64,000 bases of DNA from a virus: IMG/VR virus record IMGVR_UViG_3300031087_000014; one strand, 5' to 3'. Position 1 is the first letter of the stretch; each line of letters starts with the position of its first letter. Position numbers and translations under genes: made by a program. Positions 39,721 to 51,772 of the stretch are shown one piece after another. The notes under the pieces were generated by a model that made no database searches, was not told where the DNA came from, and saw nothing but the letters and a program-made list of their open reading frames with translations.

Positions 39721-42161
39721 TCACTCCACCTCTTGTTCGAAAACCACTTTAACATTCTTTAGCTTGCCTGCCAAGTCCCTGCCTTGTTTTTCTTTCAAGG
39801 CTTGCATCGCATCGTCAAATGTATCGAAGGTACGATCATAACTATCAGAATAACAATGCTCTTGTAGAGTGTGCCAGAACAGGGAACTTTTATACTTAAC
39901 CTTGAAGGTGGTACGTTCATCACCCCAAGTGTAACACACAATCTGATATTTCATTACTCCTCCTTGCCATCGATGTTACCAAGGAATACCAGAGTACCGT
40001 TATTCATCTCTTCTGTCAAATGCTGGAGGCTGGTGAAGTTGGATTCCGCACCATTCTTATCTAAGCAGGAGATGTATGTTCCTTCTACATCAATACTGTC
40101 CTGCTGAATGACCAGCATTTCACCTGGGCGACGACAGCCTGCCCGTTTGGTAAACTGGAACACATCGCCAAAGCGAACTTCGGTAATTTTAACAGTAGCG
40201 GTAGTTACAACGGTATCAGTCTTTTTCATTTTATTTCTCCTTAGTGGAATCGAATTTCAAGTTTGTTTTCACCCATAGGCACTGCACGAGCACACCGCAA
40301 GGTTTCAAAATAGCCAACGTAGAAAACGTGGATCTGAGTACGGATGCCTTCGGATGTTTCCAGGCTAATAGCAAACTGCCAGTAGTCTTTATCTTGCGCT
40401 GTACACCAAGCTTTGTCAACTACATCCTTCAACACTTCGGATTTAAATCGACGACCAGATGTTCCACCAGAACGGACATAGCGATCATTCCAAGCTCGGT
40501 CATACTCTTCTGCCAGCTTGTAGTGCTCTTCGATATCTTTCAGAGCCTGTTCTGCTAATTGAACATTGTCAAAGATCAATCCTAAGTCTTGATCATTACG
40601 CTCTTCGCTCCCGAAGGAATCTCCGGTGGTGTAGTCAATAAGGATTTCGTATTTCATTTGTCCTCCGGTATGTTTAACATCTCTAACACCCACTGGAGGG
40701 TATTACATTGTGTCTGTAGTTGTAACCTAGCCTCTGATCCAAGTAGAGGGAAGGATGCTTGAGATAAGTCATCGTTTTTAACAGCATCAACCAATACAGA
40801 AAACCGCTTTTTAAATATCTCTGCTGCTTCTGGAGTACACTCTACACCAGTTGATCGACAAGGTAAAGCATAAACCTGAGAAATCAGCCTATCTCTGTCA
40901 CGTTGATAGGCAGACTCTGAGGCTGCTTTGGCAATAATTAACTCTCGCTCTCGTTTTTGTTCTTCCACTTTAAAGATGAAAGAGAAGAGATTAGCACACT
41001 CTGTGGCAGTAAGAGAGGATGGAGAACTAGAATAACGAGCGTCACTCTCCCGATCATAGATCGAATACTGAGTACGAACTATTTCTAGCTTAACATCACC
41101 AATAATCAGACCATAACAAATTCTTCGGCTGTCCAATACAGAATCCGTGCGTACTCTTGCTACCTCTACCGAACCATTCACAATACCTTCCTTGATCCTG
41201 GACAACATCTCAGAGTCAAACTGAGAGTTATCCTCGGCAGGGATAGGCTTAGTGGTACTATCGTTCAACCCTTTTAAGAAATTAATCACATATCCTCCTA
41301 AAACTCTTTATTGTCAACGTAGTATTGAATGGCCTCAGCCAAACCCATACCACCTAAGCTCCAGCCATTGATACAAACATACGTGTCTACGATGTATCTG
41401 TCAATGACATTTCCTTCGTCATCGTGCTTTGTCCAAGCCATTTTCTCACGAGAGATACTTACTTGGTTGTTTACGATGAAATCAAACATCTCCTCTTTTG
41501 TTAACACTTAGATACCCTCCCTCATCAAACTTCATATTTCCTCCTTAAGGCTGCGCCTTTAGAACGCTTCGCGGGAGGCTTCGCCTTTCCCCGCTACGCT
41601 TGTTGCATCCGTTTAATACTACCTTCACTCTTTTTCCCGAAAGTCAATTAGAATGAGGCTGTAAGCGTCTTGTTCTGAAATGTTCCACTCCAAAGCTTTC
41701 TCCACCACCCAGATATCGTGGTCATAAGCTGTCACCTCTGCTTCCCAACACCAATCAGGATCTGGATGTTTATCTAGGTTGTTACAGTGATTGATCGCTA
41801 CTTGGCGTCTCTCTACCATATCAGCCTTCTCTTTCTCCAGTGCTTCTCTTTCTACTGGAAGTAAACGCTGAATGTGTTCATATCCTACCATCGCTTCGCT
41901 CCTCTTAACGTTCGGCACTTTGTGCCTCTCTTGTTGCATCCGTTAGATCTGTATGTGTACAATTTAGTGTACGATTGTCCAACCCGTCTTCTGCCATTCG
42001 TCACCCTTATACCAACGAGACATATTGTACTCACCTTCACAGTAGATGACACCATTAATCATCTGAAACCATTCATCACAACAGAAGTGACGATGCTTCA
42101 CCTTATCCCCTTCACTCATTGCTTTCTGCGCTTCTTCCCAAGACAAGTTGTACATTTTCAC
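39721..42161 (-). CDS. cluster of hypothetical proteins (39721-39954, 39954-40229, 40241-40657, 40654-41289, 41298-41507, 41625-41891, 41964-42161)
   Basis: Co-oriented ORFs with SDs. Confidence 0.55.
41547..41613 (-). other. cluster of four GCGNAGC mini-hairpin motifs plus one copy of a 15-bp direct repeat
   Basis: Motifs at 41550-41556, 41566-41572, 41578-41584, 41593-41599; CTTGTTGCATCCGTT at 41599-41613 and 41930-41944. Confidence 0.7.
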
Positions 42162-42226
42162 TCCTCTGTGTGTATAACGGAATATTTTGACGTGGGGGGT
42201 GTGATACTCCCCGTCACTTGAAGTAT

Positions 42227-42256
42227 CAGCCTACTCCTTCCCGAAGAAAATATCAA
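42227..42256 (-). promoter_or_regulatory. probable sigma70 promoter driving the leftward block
   Basis: TTGATA-N17-TAGGCT on the minus strand. Confidence 0.45.
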
Positions 42257-42259
42257 GGG

Positions 42260-43640
42260 GTATTTCAATAGAGATCTTCGTTCATCTCAATCAACGTTGT
42301 AGATTGATATGTATTCCCTATTAATAAATGGGGAATTTACCTAATAATAATAGGTAATATGTCTATAATATTTCTGCCAGTATACCCGAATAATTTGACG
42401 CCCCTATCTGTGTAATTTGCCCCGAAATATATCGAGAAAACAGACAGAGTGCCTAACGCGGATTTTTGCCCCCGCCTGATTTTCAGATTTCAAGCCGCCC
42501 AAATATCACAATGGTTTCAATAGCTTACGTAATTATATCATATCAGAGTGAAGGAGTCTATGATCATTTCGTGCTATCTCCAAACATTCCCGAAAATACT
42601 ATCATTTCTTTATTAATCAATAACTTAGAGAGTGGAGAATACGATATATCACTTTCAAGCTCGAATCGTTCACTAATCAACCAGTATTCACCTGACAACA
42701 GCGCAGCGCTCACTATCACAAACCGCTGAAAAGTGCAATTTATTCGGGATCTCAAAAAACGCACACTTTTACAGATAGACGCTCAACAACCTACGGTAGT
42801 TTTGCTCCGAAACCATAATGATCCTGATTATTAAATAAACAATAATAACGTTGTGTTATCATCACAGATGATTCCCTGTTTCACGTTGTGACGATTGTCA
42901 ATGATGACAATATAATAACGGAAAGAAACGATAACGTTTCGTTAGAAACTTAAGTTTCCCACGAAGGCACCGAGGAAAGCGAGAGCTTTTCGAGAGTGGT
43001 TTAGTTCCGTTATTATATTGTGCGTAAGGTGGTGTCCTCACGCCCAATAACTATTATTGCTCAAATAGTTTCGCTGCGCAATCATTATTTCCCGAGATAT
43101 TACCGCTTCGCAATTGTTCTTCCCGAAATGATGATAATAACCTACGGTATAATTTCCTTATGAAACATTAACAACATAAAACATTTTAGTATGTTTATTG
43201 GTTGTTAGTGTATTGTCAGTTAGTGTAATCTTTCCCGAAAGCGATTGTTACTTAGATAATAGTTAGAATGCACATAGTAACGTGTGGTTATTATTACTTA
43301 GTTATCAATAACATATGTTAGCGTTTGTGTGTTGATTGTTTCCTTTGTTTACTATTGCACTTTCATAGATGCAGGTTGTTTAGTGTGTTAATTGAGAGCT
43401 ATTATCATTTATTCACTGTATTGAATAACCATTCATTAAGATGCGTTAAAGTGTGTTAGTGGGTTGAATAACTGCATAATTGCCAATTGTTCGCCTTCTC
43501 AGGTTGTCTGTAAGCCATTCTAAGAGGCTTTTACTGTTAGCTGTGTGTTGATATGGATTGAGAGAGATTCACCGTTTAAGCAGTTTTTGCATAAATGCAC
43601 TGTGACGGTTATTGATAGGCAAAATCTATTGGAAACTTGC
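42260..43640. other. long AT-rich, palindrome-rich non-coding spacer
   Basis: No credible ORF; many hairpins including a perfect 17-bp inverted repeat 42907-42923/43005-43021. Confidence 0.75.
43511..43582. repeat. ~65-bp dispersed element, copy B
   Basis: TAAGCCATTCTAAGAGGCTTTT...GATTCACCGTTTAAG. Confidence 0.55.
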
Positions 43641-43644
43641 AGAC

Positions 43645-43669
43645 AAAATAAAAGGGCTTTTCAGCCCTT
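43645..43669 (-). terminator. terminator closing the early island
   Basis: AAGGGC-TGAAAA-GCCCTT plus TTATTTT on the minus strand. Confidence 0.75.
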
Positions 43670-43686
43670 GTTTTGTTGTTCCTTGC

Positions 43687-46600
43687 TTACATAAAGCCAA
43701 ACGCTTTACAAGCTTTATTTCTGCGTTCGATCACTTTTAAGATTGCCTCTAAATTCTGCTTTGTGATGTAGTTGCGTTCCATTGCTTCCCGAACATTGAC
43801 ACGATAAGCGCCGAACCCCTCACGAATGATCAGGATGTTATCCAGTGGGGTGAGCATTACCCCTGCAACCTCCTCAGAGAAGAAAAGCGCGTTTACTTCG
43901 TATTCGATATTTCCATCATTCACACTTTCGATCATAATGTCAGTACGAACAGCCCAGGCGTAACAATCGTGAATCAGGGTTGTTTGATCTTGGGTTAATG
44001 TTCTGTTGCTGATTGCGTGAGTCAGAGCAGCCGCACCAAAAGTTTCCGCGATAGTGATAACATCGTTAAAGGTGGTGATAGCGAACATAATAAAACCCTT
44101 TTTGTTTGTGGGTTGCTGTATTGCTTCCCGATGAAAAGATTATACGACAAAAGCCCCTTTCGGGGCAAGTGTTTTGATCATTTGTTTGTTATTCTTTTTC
44201 CAGCGGTTCAGCCTCATAACCTAGCGTTCTTATGTCAAACAATGCTTGATCAATCTCGTTGATCTTCTTCTGAAAGAATTCCCGCCGTGCTTGTAGCTTA
44301 TCATCTAGCTGTGATAGGGCTTGCGCTACTGTCTCGCCTTGTGCGTATACAGTGCCATTGTCACGCCCTGGCATATTGCCTGCTGATGCACTTGCAGACC
44401 AATAACCGCGCTTAGAGAAAAACACCTGAAAAGTGCTAACCTGGAAAACTTTTGTTTTTAATACGTGACAAAAACGGATCATTTTCTTTCGCCTTCTATT
44501 GCATCAATAAACGCGCTAACATCCATCGTAAAACCTAAAGCGCCAGCCCGCTTGCAAGGGAGATCGCGCAAATACTCTATATTGCCTTCCATTGCTATAG
44601 CTGTTTCAAGGTCTCTTAATGCTTTGTGCAAGATATGTGAATTCGGGTAGTCTCCTTGTTTCATTCTATCACCTCATAGCCAATTGTTTCACACCAGGAA
44701 AGCGCCTGATCTTTTGTCTGGAATCTTGCACCCTCTACCGCTTGATTTTCCCGATAGCCTGACATTATTTTCAGAGTATAATCAACCTTATTACGATAAC
44801 GATTAGTGATTATTTTTACTCTCATTATTTCCACGCTTTAATTGATCTTTCTAGCTTAGGAATGCTAACCTTTAAGGCTAACATTAAGTTAACTTGCTTA
44901 GGTGTCCAGGTATCTTGATCCTGCAATTCTTGATAACGCTTCTTATCATATGCTAATTGCTCTTTTTTCCTTTTCAGGGTTAATCTACCGTGCCAGGTAA
45001 AGCCGCTAATAGTGTTATTCATTTTATCACCTATGAAAGAAGAGCAAAAGAACCGCCAATGATGAAAGGAAGATCATAGCGGGTGAAACGCTTGTACCGC
45101 ATCCACTGAATGATCACAAAGGAAAGCAACTGTAAAGCGTCGATCACGTTGTTTGTGATGTTCACGCTTTCACTATTAAACATCATTTCGCCTGTTACGT
45201 TGAATGCAACGTTTGACACGTAAGCACAAACTACAGAGAACAAACAAGCCTTGATAAGGCTAGTCTTTGATAATGTCTTAATAATTGCTTTCATTTGTTA
45301 CACCATTTGAGCCAAAAACCTATTATGCACTATTGCCCCTTTCGGGGCAAGCATTATCAATAAATGATTTTCTCGCAGGTCATAGCGTTATGATCTTTCA
45401 TTGACATAGTGATCGAACCTGTGCGGAGATCCCAATCAAGATTCAGCTTTTGTGCGTGAGTTATTTCGAATTGTCCGAGATTATGATAGGCGTAATACTT
45501 ACCTGATACGATTTCTAAGCCAGTGTGAGAGATTGAGATAGATTCTTGCATTTTGTTTTACTCTTTGATGGGTGAAATAAGATAGTAACATTGCCCCCTT
45601 TCGAGGGCAAGCATTATTTAATCTTTCTTTGCTTCTTTCCAGTGAGTCAGATTAATAACGCCTTTTGCTTTCATCTTCTCGATCAAGTCGCTTGCAGTGT
45701 TGAAAGAATTTTTATAATAAGTCACTGTGTCGCAATAGCCTGTAGCTTTATCCTCAAAATCTTCACAATGAATCTTTCCGATGATAAGAGAGTTTAAAAC
45801 GTAATGTTCGCCGGTGTACCAGTTATGCAAGTGAATCGAACAAGAAAAATCATCGCTCGGGCCTTCTGGCGTCATACACGCGATCAAATCCTCGCGCTCA
45901 ACAACTAAACCCCAAACGTGATCTACATCACCGGGAGTTTTTACAGTAGCGTTTACGTTGATAGTTTTCATTGTCGATTGCCTTAATCTTGTGAGGGCTG
46001 GCACCATTGCCGCCCAACACAGATATAATAACATAACGAGGATTAAAGGCAACACTTTGATCAAGAATGTTTGAAATTCTTTTGAGCTACATCTAAATGA
46101 TCTTTTATTGCTTTGAGGCTTGACATATGCGCCAAATGCTCTACCTTTCCTTTCTGGCAATGCTTCTTAGTTAGATGATATCGAGCCAGTAGACAAAGAT
46201 AATCGAAATCGTTATCATTTATCAGTTTATTGCAAATGCCGAAACGGCGGGATATTGGATAACCTTTAAGAGGGTTAAACGCATTGTGACGATTAGCGCC
46301 CATTAACGATCATCTTCAATCAAAATTATTTCATCGCTGAAATGATGCGTTACCATCTCACAACCTTCCTCCGTTATGTAATGAATTGACATATAATCGC
46401 CGTGATCAACTTCTGTAATCAGCAATGAGTATTGCTCACCGAAACAGTTTTCACGCGCCAGGCGATCACCCGCTTGGATACATTCAGCCTTAATCATACG
46501 TGCTTTCATTTTGTTTTCCTTAGTGGTTAGCAGTATTGCCGCCCTTCTGATAAACATCATATCATAGTGAGCGACACGATCAACACTTATTTAAATCTAT

Positions 46601-49600
46601 TTGCTCTTTCTTTTGCTATTTCTTTTTTGAACTGCTTAACATACACTTTATTAAAGTTTTGCAACTGAGTGAAAGCGATGTTATATAGCTTTTTCTCTGT
46701 CTGATATTCTGGCGTTACTTTGATGTGATCCGGCGTCAATCCCATTGCACTGCGTGGATATTTATCAAAGGCAGATCCTAGCAGCTTGCAATTTTCTTCT
46801 AACTGCGCTTTAACTTTCTTTGCTTCTTCAAAGGTATAAGCTAACATTAATCACACTCCGCACACGAATTAATCAGACCAATAAAACCAGAAAGCAACGA
46901 TACCATAAACAGCACTAAACTACCAGCGTTTTCGGTCAAAGGATCTTTAAAAATCATTGAGCAGATGAAAGCAATAATAGCGATGATGAATGAAAAGCGC
47001 ATTTTCTGATTCCTGTCTTTGTTTAGGCTCTATTGCCTCAGTCCGTATATAATAGCATAACCAGTTTTAAGATCCACTATTGTTTTGTAAAGATTGTGGA
47101 ACTATTCTCATTACCAGAATAACAGGTATCTCCAGTGTGTTTCCTCCGGTGTCCATCGTTGCCGCTGTAAGTAAGATAACAAAAAAGGCCAGCAAATGCC
47201 AGCCCTTTTATCACCAATTTGTTGATCTGACTACTTCACCCGCTACCAGTTGCCACCGCCAGCCCGATCCGGTTAGCTTGAATACGCTATCGTATTTTTC
47301 CAGCAAGTCATAAACAGGTTGTTGGTATTTTGTTTCATCAAGTCCGATTTCCTGATCGTAGAAGCAAGCGCCACCCATAGCCATAACAAAAGCAACAGCA
47401 CGATTTTTAGGGTTAAGCAAGATCTTTGTGACTCGCTTTTCTATTTCAGCCATCACAAGGCTTTCAGCCTCTTGCAACAGGTTATCAACTTCTTTCATTA
47501 TTCGTAATCCTTAAAGAATTCACTGATAAACGCCCATACATCGGCTTTTGTGTGACAAATGCCGTAATCAACGTGTGAAACTACATCGCCCATCTGTGAT
47601 CCTTCGTCAGTCTCAGGATCTACACCTTCGGGAAAGTGAACCAGCGTTAAATCTTCAACACGATAAGCACTCTTGCCGCTTCGCAGATTCATCGGGCCTG
47701 GTGCAATAGTGTAGCACAACTCATAACGTTTACAAACAGACAAGACAGAATTAAAATGAGAGTAAGACGGATGACCATAGTCACGGATATTTGCCATATC
47801 TTCACGGGCTTTATCTTTTGCATCTTTCAGTTTAAAACGAATCATTTTATTTATCCTTAAGCAACGATTGCAGCGATTGAAAACATAAATCCGATAATAC
47901 CTAAAATCATAACGCCGTGTAAGTTGTTCATTTTGTTTCTTTCCGTTGTCTGTTTCAGTAAGGCTATTATGCCCCACTTTCGCAGGGCTGTTTTATCAAT
48001 TTGTGCTATTTAATATAGTCTTTGCAATCTTCTGGGTTTAAGAATGGCATATGTTGAGCCATAACTTTACCGTATCTGCCGATTCCCCACTGATTAAGGT
48101 TATATTCTGCCGTTCGCTGAATCACTAAACCGCACTGGATCTTGTCTGCTGCTTCTTTTTCTCTGTTGTTCAAAAAGTCGTGAAATCTCGGTAATGACTT
48201 ATTGTTTTCTTTTTCAAATTCTGCTAGCGCGTCTCTTTCTTCTAGGACGAACATCAAATCACGAAAACCATTATTTGCCATTTCTTGACCAGTAGCAAAA
48301 CGGGAATGATGATAAAAATAGTTGGTTGGATCTTGATACTCTTCCAGCGGCTGCACTTCGTCTAAGAAAAATAGTTGACCGTTATCAAGCCCTAACCCAT
48401 TTTCAGAGAGAGTTTCAACAGTTGCAATTTTGCGAGTTTCCAGAACAATGACTTTTTGGCCCACACAGAAGAAGTTTTTCATTTTGTTTGTCTCAGTTAG
48501 CGCCGCACCATTGCCGCGCCTTCTGTGATACATAATAGCAAACTGAGTTATTTTGTTTTATCTTTTTGTGCTATTGCATTTCAGCGTGAATAATGGCGCA
48601 TTCAATCCCCGCCAGGATGTTACGACGATCTTTTAGTAGTTCGTCAAGTGTGGGAGACGGTGATAATAAATGCTCTGTTTCGGTTATCTCGCGCTGAACG
48701 ATTTCCGACAGTGTGCGCATTTTTTCAATAGTCAAGTTTAAAGTAACAACTTTGCTCATAAAATCCTCTATTCAGTGATTATGCATAAATAACGCTGTTT
48801 ATGCAGATAGTAACAGATAGCAACTAAATTTAAGCCATTCTAAGGAGATCCCGACAAACCACCCTATCGTAAAACCTCCTGTAACGCTCTCTAAGCGTCG
48901 ATCTCCGAAAGTGCTATCACTGCATTGCCTCGCGGAGATCTCTTTAAATTCACTTTTTTGCATAACGCAAAAATGAAATAAAGTTGTATTTGCTATTGAT
49001 TTTAATCGTTAAGTAAGATCACGATTAGCGCAATGATTAAGGCGGTTGTCCAGCCAAATAAATTCACAATAAGAGCGAAAAGTAGTAGATCAATGATAAA
49101 GTCACGCATAGTAATTACCCCTTGTTATTAACGATCATAAAATGCTTGATGCGGTGCCAGGTGCGGTAAAGGTTGTTATGATAACCAGGGCCGCGATCAT
49201 TAACATCGCAATATGCTTCGATGGCTAACTGTTTCACTTCGTCACTATCAAGCTTTAAACGTTTACCGTTCGTTACTACTTCTACGCATTCTTTTATGTA
49301 GTAAACATAATCGCCTTGATCAGTAAATATTGTGCGATTATCACGAATATAGCGGATCAGATAATCATTGCCAAATTGCTTAACTTTTCGCAGTGCTGCG
49401 CCACCATTAAACAACTTTCTAATATGGTGAGGATCATTTATTGCCTTATTTGAATCCTTACACCAAGCAGACAAAGCTTTTTTGATATCGCGTGATCGTG
49501 CTTCGTACTCCGGCACTAACACATTGATCCGTGCTTGCGCTTTTGCTTCGTCGCTCAATTCATCATAATAGAAAAACTTTGTGATATTCATTGGTTAAGC

Positions 49601-51499
49601 CCTTTTCATAAAATCAACAGCACTTGTTAACGTGCGGAGCTTGCTCTCTGTCGCAAGTGAGATCGCATTATAAGTTTTAACCCTCATAGGCGCAAGCTGA
49701 ATCTTGCGGATCTCGTTAAAATATTTTGCCTTTACTTTCTTGTTACATCCAGCATCATTAGCAACGGTATTCATCACCGCTTGCACTTTCTGATTGTGAA
49801 TTCTGAAAATTGCATCAGGGTTATATTCCTGGCGCTTTGTTGCTGTCAGAGTGTCGTTGGCGATTGAACGTAACAGAGTGAGGAGTTGTAAAGGTTGCAT
49901 TTTGTTTGCCCTAGTTGCTTAACCGATGAAAACCATTATACACTAACAGAGGCGGGAGTAAACCCCCCGCGCAATGTTTATTATTGGAAAAACAAGACTA
50001 AAAAGACGATAGCCCACAAACCGCCGCTGATTAACAGCTTTGTTTTGTTTTCTGCTAAAAATGATTCTTCTTTATAGTCTATACTGTCGCTTTCCATATG
50101 GGTTTAGTTTACCTCTAAGTCTGATTTATTAAATTGGAATTTGATTTCAGGATGTAACATATTTTCTAAAATCACTTTCCCGCTGTTATCATCTTGCGAG
50201 TCTGAAACAATGTAACATCCCCGCGTAATGATGTGATCTGCGTCTACCGTTTCAACGTCCGGCATAAAGTCCAGAATGTCAAAACAATTATTCGCATCTT
50301 TCTTTAACTCGGTAACAGAGTTGCTTACCCAGGTTTTTTCAAAATCTGCGCCGCACTTGTCGTTAGTTTGCGTTGCGATGTTACACAGTGAAGCGATTAA
50401 AACAATAGATGCGAACATTTTAGATCCTTAAGCTGTCATATAATCGTTGACGATAGCAACAATAGTTGCTGGAGTATCTTGCAGTGAGATAACAGCGTTA
50501 TCGCTCACCTGATGAAAACCATTATCGCATAAATAGGTTAGATTGCAAACATTATTTTCAACTGATACCACAATTCCCACTCTGCGATTATGAAACGAAA
50601 ACTTAAACGTTTTTTCTGTCTTTGTTACGTCTTGGGAGTCTAACATAACGCCGTCAACAATACTAGAGAAAAAAGCCAAAGTGTTTGCGAGTACCATTTA
50701 AAAATATTCCTTACAGTGCGATTAGTTGGGTGGCAATGCAGCCTTTTAGCACAACAGCGCCAGCCTCTTTACTAATGAAATCACAGTTTAGCTTAATACC
50801 TAGTGATTGTCCAGAAAATTCTGCTGCCAATGTCTCTGTGATTTCTGTTCCCTTCTCCACCATTGGCACGGCTCTAGCTTCTAATTCCTTTGCGGTTAGC
50901 TGGATGTAAGCAACAACCGGACTTGCTTTAGAATACAGGTTTACTTTAAGGTTTAGATTACCGTTAGCCATTTCTACAGATTCGCCAATACTTTTCACCT
51001 TGAAAAACACCTGGCCTAGTGATGATTTTAATTGCTTCTTTGCACCTTCGAGATCACTTACTGCATTCTCTGCAATCCCTTGGGATAAAAACATTCTCGC
51101 ATAAGCTGGATCAGATGTAAAGTCTTGTTTTGACATAGTACCAGAGTAAAAACAATCCTGGATAGCTAAAGCGTGATAACGGGATTCTTGCCCGAAATTA
51201 GTATCACTGCACCACTTAGGCGCGGCGCTGGCGGTGAAGCTGGAAAGGGCCAGGGCTGCAACTAGGATTGTCTTTTTCATTGTCTCGCCTTATATCTGCT
51301 TTGTCTCAATCAGTGCAGATATACTAACACAGTTTTCCCAATTATCTATAACTATTTTTGATTCTTTTTCGTCTACAGACAACACAATGCCCCACACAGA
51401 GAAGCCGTATTGATCGCGGTAACGCGCTTGCATTCTATTGGATTGCTTCCATTGGAGGATAAAAGCGGGGAGGTTGTTTATAGCGGTGTCGTGTCTCAT
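43687..51499 (-). CDS. early-island small hypothetical genes (about 20 ORFs of 60-190 aa; exported-type leaders at 50104-50418 and 50711-51280)
   Basis: Co-oriented short ORFs, many preceded by their own sigma70-like promoter. Confidence 0.55.
44139..44168 (-). promoter_or_regulatory. sigma70 promoter with hairpin over -35/spacer
   Basis: TTGCCC-cgaaaggggcttttgtcg-TATAAT. Confidence 0.6.
45322..45350 (-). promoter_or_regulatory. sigma70 promoter with hairpin over -35/spacer
   Basis: TTGCCC-cgaaaggggcaatagtg-CATAAT. Confidence 0.6.
45582..45610 (-). promoter_or_regulatory. sigma70 promoter with hairpin over -35/spacer
   Basis: TTGCCC-tcgaaagggggcaatgt-TACTAT. Confidence 0.55.
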
Positions 51500-51513
51500 T
51501 GCTGCTGTAATCC

Positions 51514-51577
51514 ATTCTAAGCGGGTTTATTGCTTTGCTAGTGTGATTGTGTGGCTGTCTGATTCAAGCCCTTAAAC
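51514..51577. repeat. ~65-bp dispersed element, copy C
   Basis: ATTCTAAGCGGGTTT...GATTCAAGCCCTTAAAC; aligns with copy B along its length. Confidence 0.55.
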
Positions 51578-51609
51578 GTCGAAAGGGGCGCTATTTGCGC
51601 CCCCTCTTA

Positions 51610-51744
51610 TTACTCTTGCCAGTTGCGTTTATTGCTTACGCCTCGCGTAGTCTTGTTGCGCTTTGCGCCTTTCTTCACTACCACTTCACCAAAGGCCAGG
51701 CGCTTGCCAGATTTCATTTTTTCAGCTTTGTTTGTGTATTGCAT
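51610..51744 (-). CDS. 44-aa basic peptide resembling T7 gp1.1 (not in ORF track)
   Basis: MQYTNKAEKMK...KKGAKRNKTTRGVSNKRNWQE; GAGG SD. Confidence 0.55.
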   Translation of the reverse strand: MQYTNKAEKMKSGKRLAFGEVVVKKGAKRNKTTRGVSNKRNWQE

Positions 51745-51772
51745 CTTTATACCCTCTTTAAGTTTAGTTAGA

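Noticed and set aside
42466-42764. Two overlapping short ORFs in the spacer
   Set aside because: They lie on opposite strands with weak starts, no SD and no protein-like composition; treated as non-coding.
42907-43021. tRNA gene
   Set aside because: It is multi-branched but lacks the TTCRA T-loop, D-loop GG and acceptor-stem geometry.
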